A stretch of DNA of 64,000 nt. Origin: Dehalococcoidia bacterium. GTDB taxonomy: Bacteria > Chloroflexota > Dehalococcoidia > DSTF01 > JACRBR01. The notes beneath the pieces are model-generated. The model was not told where the DNA came from, searched no databases, and worked only from the letters and a program-made list of their open reading frames with translations. The stretch spans positions 13,889 through 77,888 of the forward strand of contig JADMII010000011.1 in the NCBI GenBank assembly GCA_015478665.1. The letters run 5' to 3'. Positions 39,706 to 49,286 of this stretch are shown here, piece after piece (the first letter of the stretch is position 1; every line of letters begins with the position of its first letter). The translations under genes and the position numbers were made by a program.

Positions 39706-40476
39706 TCACGTGATCGCCCAGGTGATGCTGACGTTTACCGTCACGTCGAGCTCGCCGGGCTGGATCGGCGTCGCCGCCGTGGTCGCGCCCGGTGCGGCGG
39801 CGAACGCGGCCTTGTCGTAGACGATCGGCTGCACGCCGCCACCCTCGCTGATGGCGATCGCACTGCCGAGCCCGACGCCGCTCGCCGAAGCCAGCGTCTG
39901 CGCCTTCGCCTTCGCATCGGCGACCGCCGCCTCCCGCGCCTGGCGCTGGAGGTCGCCGGGCTTGTCGATTGTGAACGTGATGCCCTGAATCTGCGTGTCG
40001 TCGCCGCCGGCGTTCACCGCGTCATCGACGACCTTGCTCGTGGTGTTGATGTCGCGCACCTTCACGGTCGCCGTGTTCGTGACGCGGAAGCCCGTCAGCG
40101 TCTGCTTGCCATCGCTGTAGTTGTACTCGGGCGAAATCGTCAGGTCCGACGTCTGGATGTCCCTGTCGGCGATCCCGTCCGCCTTCATCGCGTTGTCGAT
40201 CGCCGTCAACGAGGCGGCCGCCTGGTCGCGCGCGGCGGCGACCGTGGCGCGCAGCACCGAGACGCCGAGCGCGAGCTGCGCGATGTCCGGCTTCCCCTGC
40301 ACCTTGCCTTCGCCCGAAACGGTAATGCCGCGCGCCTGCTCCGGCTCGGTCTGCTGCGTCTGCGGCGCCGTCGACGCCGGGCTTGTCGAGAAGGCCCCGC
40401 GCGCGGCGGCGCCGAACACCACGACCGCGACGGCGCCGGCCGCCGCTCCCATGACCAGCCTGCGATGCGTGATCAT
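39706..40476 (-). CDS. SIMPL (DUF541) domain protein, exported
   Basis: Signal-like N-terminus, ITVSGEG.V...PD.A, A...A..DA..KA..LA and PI.PG......V. Confidence 0.88.
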   Translation of the reverse strand: MITHRRLVMGAAAGAVAVVVFGAAARGAFSTSPASTAPQTQQTEPEQARGITVSGEGKVQGKPDIAQLALGVSVLRATVAAARDQAAASLTAIDNAMKADGIADRDIQTSDLTISPEYNYSDGKQTLTGFRVTNTATVKVRDINTTSKVVDDAVNAGGDDTQIQGITFTIDKPGDLQRQAREAAVADAKAKAQTLASASGVGLGSAIAISEGGGVQPIVYDKAAFAAAPGATTAATPIQPGELDVTVNVSITWAIT

Positions 40477-40480
40477 CTGC

Positions 40481-41254
40481 CTACCTCCTTCGCCGCCGCC
40501 ATTGCCACACGCTTGCGCCGCCGGCGCCGATGGTGACCACGGCCGCCGCGGCTGCAGACCACTCCGCCCAGTCCCAGCCGGACGAAGGCGCGCCGGAGGC
40601 AGCCTGCCGGCGCCTGGACGCCGGCGTCGGCGCGGCCGCCGCGGTGGTGGTGGTCGGCGCGGCGGCGGCCGTTACGGGTGTGGACGCTGCAGCGGCCGAA
40701 GAGGTTCCCGTTTCCGGGCCCGCCGGTGCGTTGCCAGGTGCGGCGCCGGCGGGCGCCGGCGACGCCGCCCTGTCCGCCGGCGCGAAGGCCTGGGCTGCGG
40801 ACGTCGCCGGCTGGGCGGCGGCCGCAGGGACGATCGACGTCGCCGGCGGCGTCGCGGCGGCAGCGAAGCGCGCGGTCGCCGCCTGGTCGCGCGCGCCGCC
40901 GTTCCCGCCGCCGAGTACGCTGACCGCGACGAGCGCGACGAAGGCAACCGCGGCGCCCGCGCTCAGCAGCGGCAGCAGTCGCGCCGAGAGCGCCGGCTGC
41001 CGCCGAGGCGCCGGCGCCTGGTCGGCGGCGCGCAGCCGGAACGAGCGCGGGGCCTCTTCCTGGGGAAGCGATGCGAGCACCGCACGCACGGACTGGAGGC
41101 CGGCGAGCTCGCGTGCGCAGGCGGCGCACGTCGCGACGTGCGCCGTGAGAGCGGCCGCCGCGTCGTCGGCGAGCGCGCCGTCGAGACAGGCGCTGAGCAA
41201 GCGCGTATCAGGCCGATGCTTCCGGCTGAGGATCGCGAACACCTGCTTCACCAC
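40481..41254 (-). CDS. ZAS-type (zf-HC2) anti-sigma factor
   Basis: H....LSA.LDG.L...HVATCAAC, PRSF, a TM helix, an Ala/Pro/Thr-rich linker and a C-terminal TM. Confidence 0.8.
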   Translation of the reverse strand: MVKQVFAILSRKHRPDTRLLSACLDGALADDAAAALTAHVATCAACARELAGLQSVRAVLASLPQEEAPRSFRLRAADQAPAPRRQPALSARLLPLLSAGAAVAFVALVAVSVLGGGNGGARDQAATARFAAAATPPATSIVPAAAAQPATSAAQAFAPADRAASPAPAGAAPGNAPAGPETGTSSAAAASTPVTAAAAPTTTTAAAAPTPASRRRQAASGAPSSGWDWAEWSAAAAAVVTIGAGGASVWQWRRRRR

Positions 41255-41306
41255 GACCGTTGTCCTCCCGCCGCGTCCTCAGCCGGACGCATACGATCCT
41301 TGACGT

Positions 41307-41906
41307 TCATGCGTCGCCAGATGTTCCCGCCAGCGTGCGCCGCAGCTTCGCGCGCCCGCGCGCGATCCGCGACTTGACGGTGCCGAGCGACGCCTTCGTC
41401 GCCTCGGCGATCTCCTCGTACGAGAGTCCCTGCACGTCACGCAGGACCACCGCCAGCCGCTGGTCTTCGGGCAGCCGCAAGAGCGCCGCGGCGATAACTC
41501 GCCGCTGCTCGGAGCGGACGACCGCCGAATCAGGCCCGGGCGCCGGGTCCGGGACATCGAGCGGCGCCTCGTCGATCGGCTGCGGCGCGTCGAGTGAGAT
41601 CGCCGGGCGGCGGTGACGACGTCGCAGCTCGTCGGTGCAGGCGTTCGCGGCGATGCGCAAGAGCCAAGGGCGGAAGCGGTCGCCTGTGCAGCCGGCGATG
41701 TGGCGCCAGGCAGAGAGAAACGCCTCCTGCGTCGCGTCTTCCGCGAGCGAGGTGCTGCCGAGCATGCGGCGACAGAGGTTGTAGACAAGGCGCTGGTGCA
41801 GGTCGACGAGCGCGTTGAAGGCGTCGAGATCGCCGGCACGCGCGCGATGCAGCAGTTCGGGTTCGTCCGCTGCGGCTCGCGCTGAGGGACCGGCGAAGAG
41901 GTTCAT
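41307..41906 (-). CDS. ECF RNA polymerase sigma factor
   Basis: GD..AF..L, AED.TQEAF, WL.RIA.N and LSYEEIA....GTVKSRI.R.R. Confidence 0.92.
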   Translation of the reverse strand: MNLFAGPSARAAADEPELLHRARAGDLDAFNALVDLHQRLVYNLCRRMLGSTSLAEDATQEAFLSAWRHIAGCTGDRFRPWLLRIAANACTDELRRRHRRPAISLDAPQPIDEAPLDVPDPAPGPDSAVVRSEQRRVIAAALLRLPEDQRLAVVLRDVQGLSYEEIAEATKASLGTVKSRIARGRAKLRRTLAGTSGDA

Positions 41907-41978
41907 CGACGCCGGGCATTCTATCAGAGTGCCAATGCAACGGGCTGGCGCGTCCCTGCGTGCTACAATAGGCGGCTT

Positions 41979-42962
41979 ATGTCAGACGATCCGCTGCGCC
42001 GGGAGCCGGAGCTTCCCGCTTCACCAGCCCCGGCGGCACCCGGCGCCCCGCCTGCCTCGCACGATGCACTCTTCCCCGGCGACCACGCCACCCGGGACGG
42101 TGGCGCTGCTTCCGACGGCGCCCGCCGCGACTGGTCGCCGGCGCCGCCGTCGCCGCACGTCGATCCGTACGCCGTCGCGTCGGCTGCCGCTCCGGACGCC
42201 TACGCCGACGTGCCGGCGGCGCTCGAGCTCTCGTACACGAACGCCGACATCGGCCTGAGCGAGCGCGCCTTCGAGCGCACCCTTCCGTACGAGGACCGTA
42301 CGGTGCGCAAGCGACGCGTGGGCCGGGCGAAGGCGCGCCGCGTCGGACGCGAGCTGGTCGAGACGCTGCTGCTCGCGGTGCTGATCTTCTTCGCCGTCAA
42401 GGCGGTCGTGCAGAACTTCCGCGTCGAGGGCTCGAGCATGATGCCCTCGCTCACGAACAACCAGTATCTGCTGGTGAACAAGGCGCTCTACTACCGCATC
42501 GATACGCACACGCTGAACAAGTTCCTGCCGTTCATCCCCGACAGCGATGGCGAGCGGCACCTCTTCCGCGCTCCGCGCCGCGGCGACGTGATCGTGTTCA
42601 AGTTCCCGCTCGACACGAGCCGCGACTTCATCAAGCGGGTGATCGGCGTGCCGGGCGACACCGTCGAGGTGCGCGACGGCAAGGTGTTCATCAACGGCAG
42701 CCCGCTCGTGGAGCCGTACGAGCAGGCTGCGCCGAACTACACCTACGGCCCAAAGACGGTGCCGCCGGGCCAGTACTTCGTGCTCGGCGATAATCGCAAC
42801 AACAGCTATGACTCGCACGCTTGGCGCCAGCAGTGCAGCGCGCAGCAGGAATGCGACTTCGTCCCCGAGGCCAATATCATCGGCCAGGCATGGATCACGT
42901 ACTGGCCGTGGGGCGACCTGGGCCTGGTCAACAACACGAGCCTGAAGCCGCGGGCGCCCTGA
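41979..42962 (+). CDS. lepB: Signal peptidase I with a long N-terminal extension
   Basis: GSSM.P.L, RGDVIVF, FIKRVIG.PGD and GDNRNNS.DS. Confidence 0.92.
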   Translation: MSDDPLRREPELPASPAPAAPGAPPASHDALFPGDHATRDGGAASDGARRDWSPAPPSPHVDPYAVASAAAPDAYADVPAALELSYTNADIGLSERAFERTLPYEDRTVRKRRVGRAKARRVGRELVETLLLAVLIFFAVKAVVQNFRVEGSSMMPSLTNNQYLLVNKALYYRIDTHTLNKFLPFIPDSDGERHLFRAPRRGDVIVFKFPLDTSRDFIKRVIGVPGDTVEVRDGKVFINGSPLVEPYEQAAPNYTYGPKTVPPGQYFVLGDNRNNSYDSHAWRQQCSAQQECDFVPEANIIGQAWITYWPWGDLGLVNNTSLKPRAP

Positions 42963-43246
42963 GGCGCGTCGCTCACACGCGCTTGCCCGGTTCGCCGCCG
43001 GCAACAGCCGTTGATGCCCGCACGGCAGAGGCCGCCGCGTCGTTCGTGACACGGCGTGACGGGCTTCGGGGTTGCGGGTACGCTACCGATGCGCCGGAGA
43101 ACCGCAGGGCGGCCCTTCGGCGCCGAGGGGTGGGTTCATTGCTACAGAATCCACAATTGTTCCGAGCGATCTGGCCCGTTGGACGCGTCCGCGAATGAGC
43201 GGCCGCCGTTCGTTCCCCGGGGCGCGTACCGGCAACCGGCCTCCGC

Positions 43247-44311
43247 TCACTTGTTCGCGGCGAACGCGGCGTACAGCGGCTGGTCCAGCGTCAGTTCCCG
43301 CACGCCTCGCAGGCCCGCCTCCGTCGCCAGCCGGCGGATCTCGTCGGCGCTGAAGAAGCCGACGCCGCGTCCGCCCTTCGCCAGCGCCTGGGGGATCTCG
43401 TAGAACAGGTCGATGTGCGCCAGCACGGTGCCGTAGTCGCCGGTGGCGTCCTCGATGCGCTCGGCGCCCCGGATCTCGGTGATCAGCAGGACGCCATCTT
43501 CCTTCAGCGCGCGTCCGGCATTCGTCAGCACGGTCAGCGCGTCGTCCATCTCGTGCAGCGAGATCTGGGTGTAGATGAAGTCGAAGGCGTCCTCGCTCGT
43601 CAAGTCCTCCGCCCGCATCTCCTCCGCGTGCACGTGCTCGTCGAGGCCGGCGGCGGCGATCCGCTCACGGGCGAGGGCGACCGAAGTCGGGTCGGGGTCG
43701 AGGCCTGTGACGGTGCAGGCGGGGAACGCGCGTGCCAGCGCGACGAGGCCGGCGCCGGCGCCGCAGCCCAGCTCGAGGATCGTGCCGCCGTCGGCGAGCT
43801 GGCGGCCGAGCTCGGGCAACTCCGGCAGCAGCACGCTGGGCAGGAACAGCTCGTACGCCGCCTTGCTGAAGGCGTGGATGGTCTCCACCATCTCGCGTCC
43901 GTAGTCGGCGAAGGGGATGCCCTCGCCGTCCTGCATGCAGGCCTCGACGTGGTCGGCGAGCCGCGATTCGACGGCGAAGTTCGTCACGAGGCCGGCCGCG
44001 TATTGGAAGTCGTCGGCGTCGAGGAGGAGCTCGTCCATGTGCGGCGCCATCCGCAGGCGGCCGTTCGATGCGTCGTACGTCAGCAGCTCGCCGGCGGCAG
44101 CAAGCTTCGCCCACGCCTGCAGGTAGCGCGGGTCGACGTCGCACTGGGCTTGAAGCTCATCGACCGTCAGCCCGCCGGGCGCTGCGGCGAGCGCGCGCAG
44201 CATGCCGAGCTTGAGGCCGTAGTAGGCGGCGCGCATGGTCGCGGCGCCGGCGGCCCAGGCGAAGATCTTCAGCGCCTGGTCGTCCTTGGTCGCGTAAAAT
44301 TGCTCGATCAT
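43247..44311 (-). CDS. SAM-dependent methyltransferase with an N-terminal wHTH (Rv2258c-like)
   Basis: LT..EL......RYL..W, G.P...YG, LELGCGAG and SLHEM. Confidence 0.82.
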   Translation of the reverse strand: MIEQFYATKDDQALKIFAWAAGAATMRAAYYGLKLGMLRALAAAPGGLTVDELQAQCDVDPRYLQAWAKLAAAGELLTYDASNGRLRMAPHMDELLLDADDFQYAAGLVTNFAVESRLADHVEACMQDGEGIPFADYGREMVETIHAFSKAAYELFLPSVLLPELPELGRQLADGGTILELGCGAGAGLVALARAFPACTVTGLDPDPTSVALARERIAAAGLDEHVHAEEMRAEDLTSEDAFDFIYTQISLHEMDDALTVLTNAGRALKEDGVLLITEIRGAERIEDATGDYGTVLAHIDLFYEIPQALAKGGRGVGFFSADEIRRLATEAGLRGVRELTLDQPLYAAFAANK

Positions 44312-44428
44312 CCTCGCCCTCCACGGGTCGCCGGCAGTACGTCGCGGTCGTCGGTCGCGCGAGCCTTCGCGGCTCGTCGAGATCCGGCGGGGTGCGCGCG
44401 CGCGTCGTGCGTGCGGGGGCACCAACTA

Positions 44429-45097
44429 TTACACCGGATCGACGGGTTTTGCGACAGGATCGTCGTCCCGGCCGCGCCGGGCCCACACGGCGTACAGCGG
44501 ATCATGCGGCGGGCCGCCGCCGATACTCCGGTCTTCGGCCGCGACCTCGCCGAAGCCGCCCGCCTCGCGGAAGTAGGCTCGGATCAGCACCGCTCGCTCG
44601 CGGTCATCGAGCGCGCGCCAGATGGAGACGGCCTTCGTCGGAAACATCCGATTCGAATACGTGATGATGAGCGGCGCATCCGGCTTCAGCACGCGCCGCA
44701 CTTCGCGGAAGGTGTCGACCGGTCGCGTCATGTACTGCACGGAGACGGTGACGACGGCGCCATCGAACGCGCGGTCGTCATACGGCAGGCGTGGGTCAGC
44801 GTTGAGGTCGTGCACGACGAAGTCCGTGAGCTGGTTGTTCTTGCGCATCTCGACTTCGTTGAGCCCGAGACCGGCCAGCCGGTGGAGGCACAGCTCCGGC
44901 GGCATGTGCGAGCGATAGCTGGACATCAGGTCGAGCACGTCGCCACCCTCGGGCAGCAGCTCGCGATAGAGGCGCCGGGCGGCCTCGATGGCGTCGTCGT
45001 CGATGTGCACGAGGAGGCGGGGCTGCTCGTAGAAGATCGGGTCGGCGCGTTCGTCGAGGCGCTCGAAGAAGCTGGGCTGGAAGGGCGATGCCGACAT
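44429..45097 (-). CDS. Methyltransferase type 11-like protein
   Basis: F.R.DE..D..FY..PR...HID, LDLMSS, DLN....LP, VSVQY and SNRMFPTKA. Confidence 0.88.
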   Translation of the reverse strand: MSASPFQPSFFERLDERADPIFYEQPRLLVHIDDDAIEAARRLYRELLPEGGDVLDLMSSYRSHMPPELCLHRLAGLGLNEVEMRKNNQLTDFVVHDLNADPRLPYDDRAFDGAVVTVSVQYMTRPVDTFREVRRVLKPDAPLIITYSNRMFPTKAVSIWRALDDRERAVLIRAYFREAGGFGEVAAEDRSIGGGPPHDPLYAVWARRGRDDDPVAKPVDPV

Positions 45098-45215
45098 GGG
45101 AGCAGTCTACTCCGGCCGGCGACCCGCTCGTCGGAAGGCGGCTCGCGGGCGGCGCGCGGAGTGCCGTGCGGCGGGTAGACTGTCGGTAGCTGGACCAGCA
45201 TCTGGAGGCAGAACA

Positions 45216-45500
45216 ATGGCGACTCTGACAACCGACGAGGTCGACGCGCGGCTCGGCGAGCATGGCGGCTGGGCGCGGCGCGGCGATGAGATCTCCAAGC
45301 AGTACCGCTTCGACGACTTCCGCCGCGCGATGGCCTTCGTCAACCGCGTCGCGGATGAGGCGAACGCGCTCGACCACCACCCGGACATCACCATCCAGTA
45401 CAACCGCGTGACGATGATGCTCTCGACGCACAGCGAGGGCGGCGTGACCGAGAAGGACTTCGCGTTGGCGACGAAGATCGATGCCGCAGCCGGACAGTGA
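45216..45500 (+). CDS. phhB: Pterin-4-alpha-carbinolamine dehydratase
   Basis: F.DF..A..FVN.V, HHPDI and THSEGGVT..D. Confidence 0.92.
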   Translation: MATLTTDEVDARLGEHGGWARRGDEISKQYRFDDFRRAMAFVNRVADEANALDHHPDITIQYNRVTMMLSTHSEGGVTEKDFALATKIDAAAGQ

Positions 45501-46344
45501 GCCGCCGCTGACGACCGGGGCGCGGCAGCGCGCGCCGGGCGAGGAGAGCGCGGCGGCGGACTGGATCCAGCGCAACATGACGTGGCTGGTGTTGGTTGGT
45601 GCGCTGGTGCTGATCCTGCTGCCGCGCCTGTCGCCGTTCCAGGGGCTCAACGAGTACCTGAACGTCTTCCAGCGCCTGAGCGAGTGGATCCTCGGACGGC
45701 TCCAGGCACTGTTCAAGGACTATGGCTACTACGTCGTCTTCTTCGGCGTGCTCGCCGAGAACAGCGTGCTGCTCGGCCTGCTCGTCCCCGGCACGATCGT
45801 GCTGATCCTCGCCGGGCTCTCGGCGCAGAACGGCTCGATCAACCTGCCGCTGGTCATCGCGCTGGGCGTGGCGGCGGCGCTGCTCGGCGATACGATCAGC
45901 TACCAGATCGGCCGCATGGGCTGGACGCGCGTGCTCGACCGCTTCGGGATGAGCGAGATGATCGAGAAGGTGCGCGGGCCGATGGAGTCGAACCGGCGCT
46001 GGATCATCCTCGCCTATCACTTCGCGGGCTACTCGCGCGCCGTCGGGCCGATCGCCGCGGGCATCTTCAAGATCCCGTTCCGGAAGTGGGCGCCGTTCGA
46101 CTACAGCGGCGCCACGGTCTGGGTGCTGGCGTACGTGATGATCGGCGTCGTGCTCGGCATCTCCGGCGTGAAGTTCGACGACACGAAGCGGATGGCGCGC
46201 CTGATCGAGATCTTCTTCACCGGCCTCCTCGTCGTCGCGCTCGTCGTCACCGTCTGGCGCTCGATCCGCGCTCAGGAGCGCGCCGCGCTCGTGCCGGCAG
46301 CGGAGGCCGAGCCGGCGGTCGAGGTCAGCTCCGACGAGCGTTGA
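45481..46344 (+). CDS. DedA family membrane protein (start uncertain)
   Basis: E....LG...PG, A..GD...Y..GR, R......AG and F...D..GA..W. Confidence 0.85.
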   Translation: MPQPDSEPPLTTGARQRAPGEESAAADWIQRNMTWLVLVGALVLILLPRLSPFQGLNEYLNVFQRLSEWILGRLQALFKDYGYYVVFFGVLAENSVLLGLLVPGTIVLILAGLSAQNGSINLPLVIALGVAAALLGDTISYQIGRMGWTRVLDRFGMSEMIEKVRGPMESNRRWIILAYHFAGYSRAVGPIAAGIFKIPFRKWAPFDYSGATVWVLAYVMIGVVLGISGVKFDDTKRMARLIEIFFTGLLVVALVVTVWRSIRAQERAALVPAAEAEPAVEVSSDER

Positions 46345-46453
46345 TCGACCGGCGTCGTGTGGCGCGTGGCGAGAGGGCTTCGGCCTTCGATTTGCTACCA
46401 TCTCTGTACGAGCATCGATGTCCTCAGCCCAGGCACGAGACGTCTGACACGGT

Positions 46454-46984
46454 ATGGCGAAGCGACTCCCGGATTACCTGCGTCCCGGCCTCGACCTCGT
46501 GGTCGTCGGCATCAACCCCGGCCTCAAGTCCGCGGCGACGGGCCATCATTACGCCGGCGCCGGCAATCACTTCTGGCCGCTGATGTTCGAATCCGGCCTG
46601 CTGCCCGTGAAACTGACGTACGAGGATGACGCGCGCGTGCTTGACTGCGGCATCGGCCTGACGAACATGGTGGACCGGGCCTCAGCGTCGGTGAGCGACC
46701 TCTCGCCGGCGGAGCTGCGCGCCGGCGCCGTCAGGCTGCGCGCGAAGCTGCTCCGCTCTGCGCCGGCGGTCGTCGCCTTCAATGGCAAGCGGATCTACGA
46801 AGTCTATGCCGGCCGGACCTGCGTCTTCGGCGTCCAGCCGGAGCGCATCGGCAGCGTCCTCGTCTTCGTCATGCCGTCGACGAGCGCGCGCACCGCGGCG
46901 TACCAGCGCGACGCCAAGCTGGCGTATTTCCGCGAACTCGCCGCCATCGTCGCGGCGCAACGCAGGTCGGCGGTGGCATCGTGA
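46454..46984 (+). CDS. mug: Mismatch-specific uracil/thymine DNA glycosylase (UDG family 2)
   Basis: GINPG, HHYA..GNHFW, GIGLTN and MPSTSAR. Confidence 0.9.
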   Translation: MAKRLPDYLRPGLDLVVVGINPGLKSAATGHHYAGAGNHFWPLMFESGLLPVKLTYEDDARVLDCGIGLTNMVDRASASVSDLSPAELRAGAVRLRAKLLRSAPAVVAFNGKRIYEVYAGRTCVFGVQPERIGSVLVFVMPSTSARTAAYQRDAKLAYFRELAAIVAAQRRSAVAS

Positions 46985-47553
46985 GCGGTCACGCAGAGAG
47001 CAGCTTGCCGATCTTCTCGCCGCGCCTCGACGAGCTGATGGCGAGCATGATCGCCGGTGAGGCGCCGAACGTGGGGCGCTTCTGCGGCTACTGCTATACG
47101 CCGGTCGGCAAGAAGGCCGACGTCTGCCCGCACTGCGCGCGCACGACCGCGCAGTACGCGCCCGTCGCGAAGATCCCCGGCGACTTCTTCGTCCTGTACC
47201 GCCGCATGCGGCGACGCGAGAGCATCGTCGTGAACTCGTTCGCCTTCGCCGGCCTCGGGATCGGCCTGCTGCTCTTCGTCGGCATCGTGGCGCTCGGCGT
47301 CTACCGATACAACGCATCGCTCTGGGTGATGGCAGCGTCGGTCGCCGTGCTGATCGTCGGCGGGCGCGTGTTCGCCGGCCTCCTCGGCGGCTGGGTGGGC
47401 GACCAGATCGGCTACGACATCGCCCAGCGCAAGCTCGCGGTCGAGTGGGAAGCGTACGAGCGCGATCGCGAGGCACGGCTCCGACCGACAGCCCGTTCGC
47501 GCGCCGATGCCGAACCGCTCCCGGCCGTCAGCGGCCCGGCCGGCGGCAACTGA
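46981..47553 (+). CDS. Hypothetical zinc-ribbon membrane protein
   Basis: CGYC...CPHC followed by two TM helices; GTGA overlap with mug. Confidence 0.7.
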   Translation: MSGHAESSLPIFSPRLDELMASMIAGEAPNVGRFCGYCYTPVGKKADVCPHCARTTAQYAPVAKIPGDFFVLYRRMRRRESIVVNSFAFAGLGIGLLLFVGIVALGVYRYNASLWVMAASVAVLIVGGRVFAGLLGGWVGDQIGYDIAQRKLAVEWEAYERDREARLRPTARSRADAEPLPAVSGPAGGN

Positions 47554-47562
47554 CCGGCGCCG

Positions 47563-48462
47563 GTGCGGTACATCGAGCTCTCCGTCGCCGTCGCGCACGA
47601 CGAAGCCGAGGCTGCAGCCGATGCCCTCCGCATCGCGACCGGCGCCGGTATCGAGATCGACCGGCCGTTCACGCAGCCTGACCTCGAATCCGGCGCTGTG
47701 CCGCAGCGGGGAGGCGTCGCGCATGTGCGCGCCTACGTCGCGGCGTCAGCGGGCCGTGCGATGCGGCGCGCGGCCCAGGACGCGCTCGCCGCCGCCGGCA
47801 TTGCCGCGGCTGTCGGCGCGCGCAGCGTGGACGAGGAGGACTGGGCGGAGGCGTGGAAGGAGCACTTCCACGTCGAGCGCTTCGGGCGCGTGGTGGTCGT
47901 GCCGTCGTGGCGCGCGTACGAGGCGACGGCGGACGACGTCGTGATCACGCTCGACCCCGGCATGGCCTTCGGGACGGGGCAGCACGAGACGACGCGCATG
48001 TGCCTGGAGGCGCTCGCAGGACAGCTCCGGCCCGGCGAGCGGGTGCTCGACGCCGGCTGCGGCTCCGGCATCCTCGCCGTCGCCGCGGCGAAGCTCGGCG
48101 CCGCGGACGTGCTCGCCGTCGACATCGACGCGGACTGCGTGCGCATCGCCGGCGAGAATGCCCGCGCGAACGGGGTCGACGCACGGGTGACGCCACGGCT
48201 CGTCGCGGCGGGCGACAGCGACTGGCCTGCGACGGGCTCCTTCGACCTCGTGGTCGCGAACATCATCGCCGCGACGATCATCGAGCTCGCGCCGGCGTTC
48301 GCCCGCGCGCTGGCTCCCGGCGGCCGACTGATCGCCTCCGGCATCATCGCCGCGCGCGAGCATGACGTCTCCGATGCGCTCACGTCCGCCGGATTCCCGG
48401 TCCTGGACGTGCGCGCGATGGCTGAGTGGCGTTGCGTCCAGGCGATCGCGGCCAGCCGATGA
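47563..48462 (+). CDS. prmA: Ribosomal protein L11 methyltransferase
   Basis: DW...WK, LDPGMAFGTG.H.TT, LDAGCGSGIL and ANI. Confidence 0.93.
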   Translation: MRYIELSVAVAHDEAEAAADALRIATGAGIEIDRPFTQPDLESGAVPQRGGVAHVRAYVAASAGRAMRRAAQDALAAAGIAAAVGARSVDEEDWAEAWKEHFHVERFGRVVVVPSWRAYEATADDVVITLDPGMAFGTGQHETTRMCLEALAGQLRPGERVLDAGCGSGILAVAAAKLGAADVLAVDIDADCVRIAGENARANGVDARVTPRLVAAGDSDWPATGSFDLVVANIIAATIIELAPAFARALAPGGRLIASGIIAAREHDVSDALTSAGFPVLDVRAMAEWRCVQAIAASR

Positions 48463-49208
48463 CGCGCCGGTACTACGTCGAACCGCCCGCGCTCGCCGGC
48501 GAGCAGGTGATACTCGGCCGCGAGCTGGCGCACCGTGTCGCGACGGTGCTGCGCCTTCGTCCCGGTGACGAGATCGTGCTCTTCGAGGGCAGCGGCGAAG
48601 ACGCGCGGGTGCGGATCGACGCAGTCAGCGACCGCGCCGGCAGTGCGACCGTCATCGCGCGCCAGCCCGGGCCGCCGGAGCCGCGCGTGCGCGTGAGCCT
48701 GTATCAGTCGATCACGAAGGGCGAGCGCTTCGAGTGGCTGCTCGAGAAGGGCACCGAGGCCGGCGTCTCGCGCTTCGTCCCGCTGCAGACGGCGCGCGCG
48801 GTCGTGCGGCCAGAGGCCGGCGGCGCGAAGGCCGGGCGCTGGCGGCGCATCGTCATCGAGGCGGCGGAGCAGTGCGAGCGGAGCGTCGTGCCCGCCGTCG
48901 CGCCGCCGCAACGCTTCGATGACGCGATCGCTGCGGCGCCGGGCATCGTCCTGCTGCCGTACGAGGAAGCCGGCGATCTGGCGCCGAACGTGCAGGCCGC
49001 GCTCGACCGCGAGATCGACGCGCTGTTCGCGCTCGGCGAGATCAGCATCTTCATCGGGCCGGAGGGCGGATACGAGCGCGCGGAGGTCGACCGGGCCGAG
49101 GCGGCGGGGGCGGCCATCGTGACGATGGGGCGGCGGGTGTTGCGTTCGGAGACGGCGGGCCTCGTCGCCGTCACGCTGGTGATGCAGGCGATCGGCGAGC
49201 TGGGCTGA
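48459..49208 (+). CDS. rsmE: 16S rRNA m3U1498 methyltransferase
   Basis: H...VLRL, K.TE.GV, EAAEQC.R, IGPEGG and LRSETA. Confidence 0.93.
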   Translation: MTRRYYVEPPALAGEQVILGRELAHRVATVLRLRPGDEIVLFEGSGEDARVRIDAVSDRAGSATVIARQPGPPEPRVRVSLYQSITKGERFEWLLEKGTEAGVSRFVPLQTARAVVRPEAGGAKAGRWRRIVIEAAEQCERSVVPAVAPPQRFDDAIAAAPGIVLLPYEEAGDLAPNVQAALDREIDALFALGEISIFIGPEGGYERAEVDRAEAAGAAIVTMGRRVLRSETAGLVAVTLVMQAIGELG

Positions 49209-49237
49209 GGTGCGGGAGGACGTGTGGACGGGACGGT

Positions 49238-49264
49238 GAGGGGCGGCCCGCCGGGCCGCCCCTC
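49238..49264. terminator. Perfect GC hairpin between convergent genes
   Basis: GAGGGGCGGCCC-GCC-GGGCCGCCCCTC; no long U-tract. Confidence 0.55.
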
Positions 49265-49286
49265 TCATCATCGTGCAGGCGGCGCG

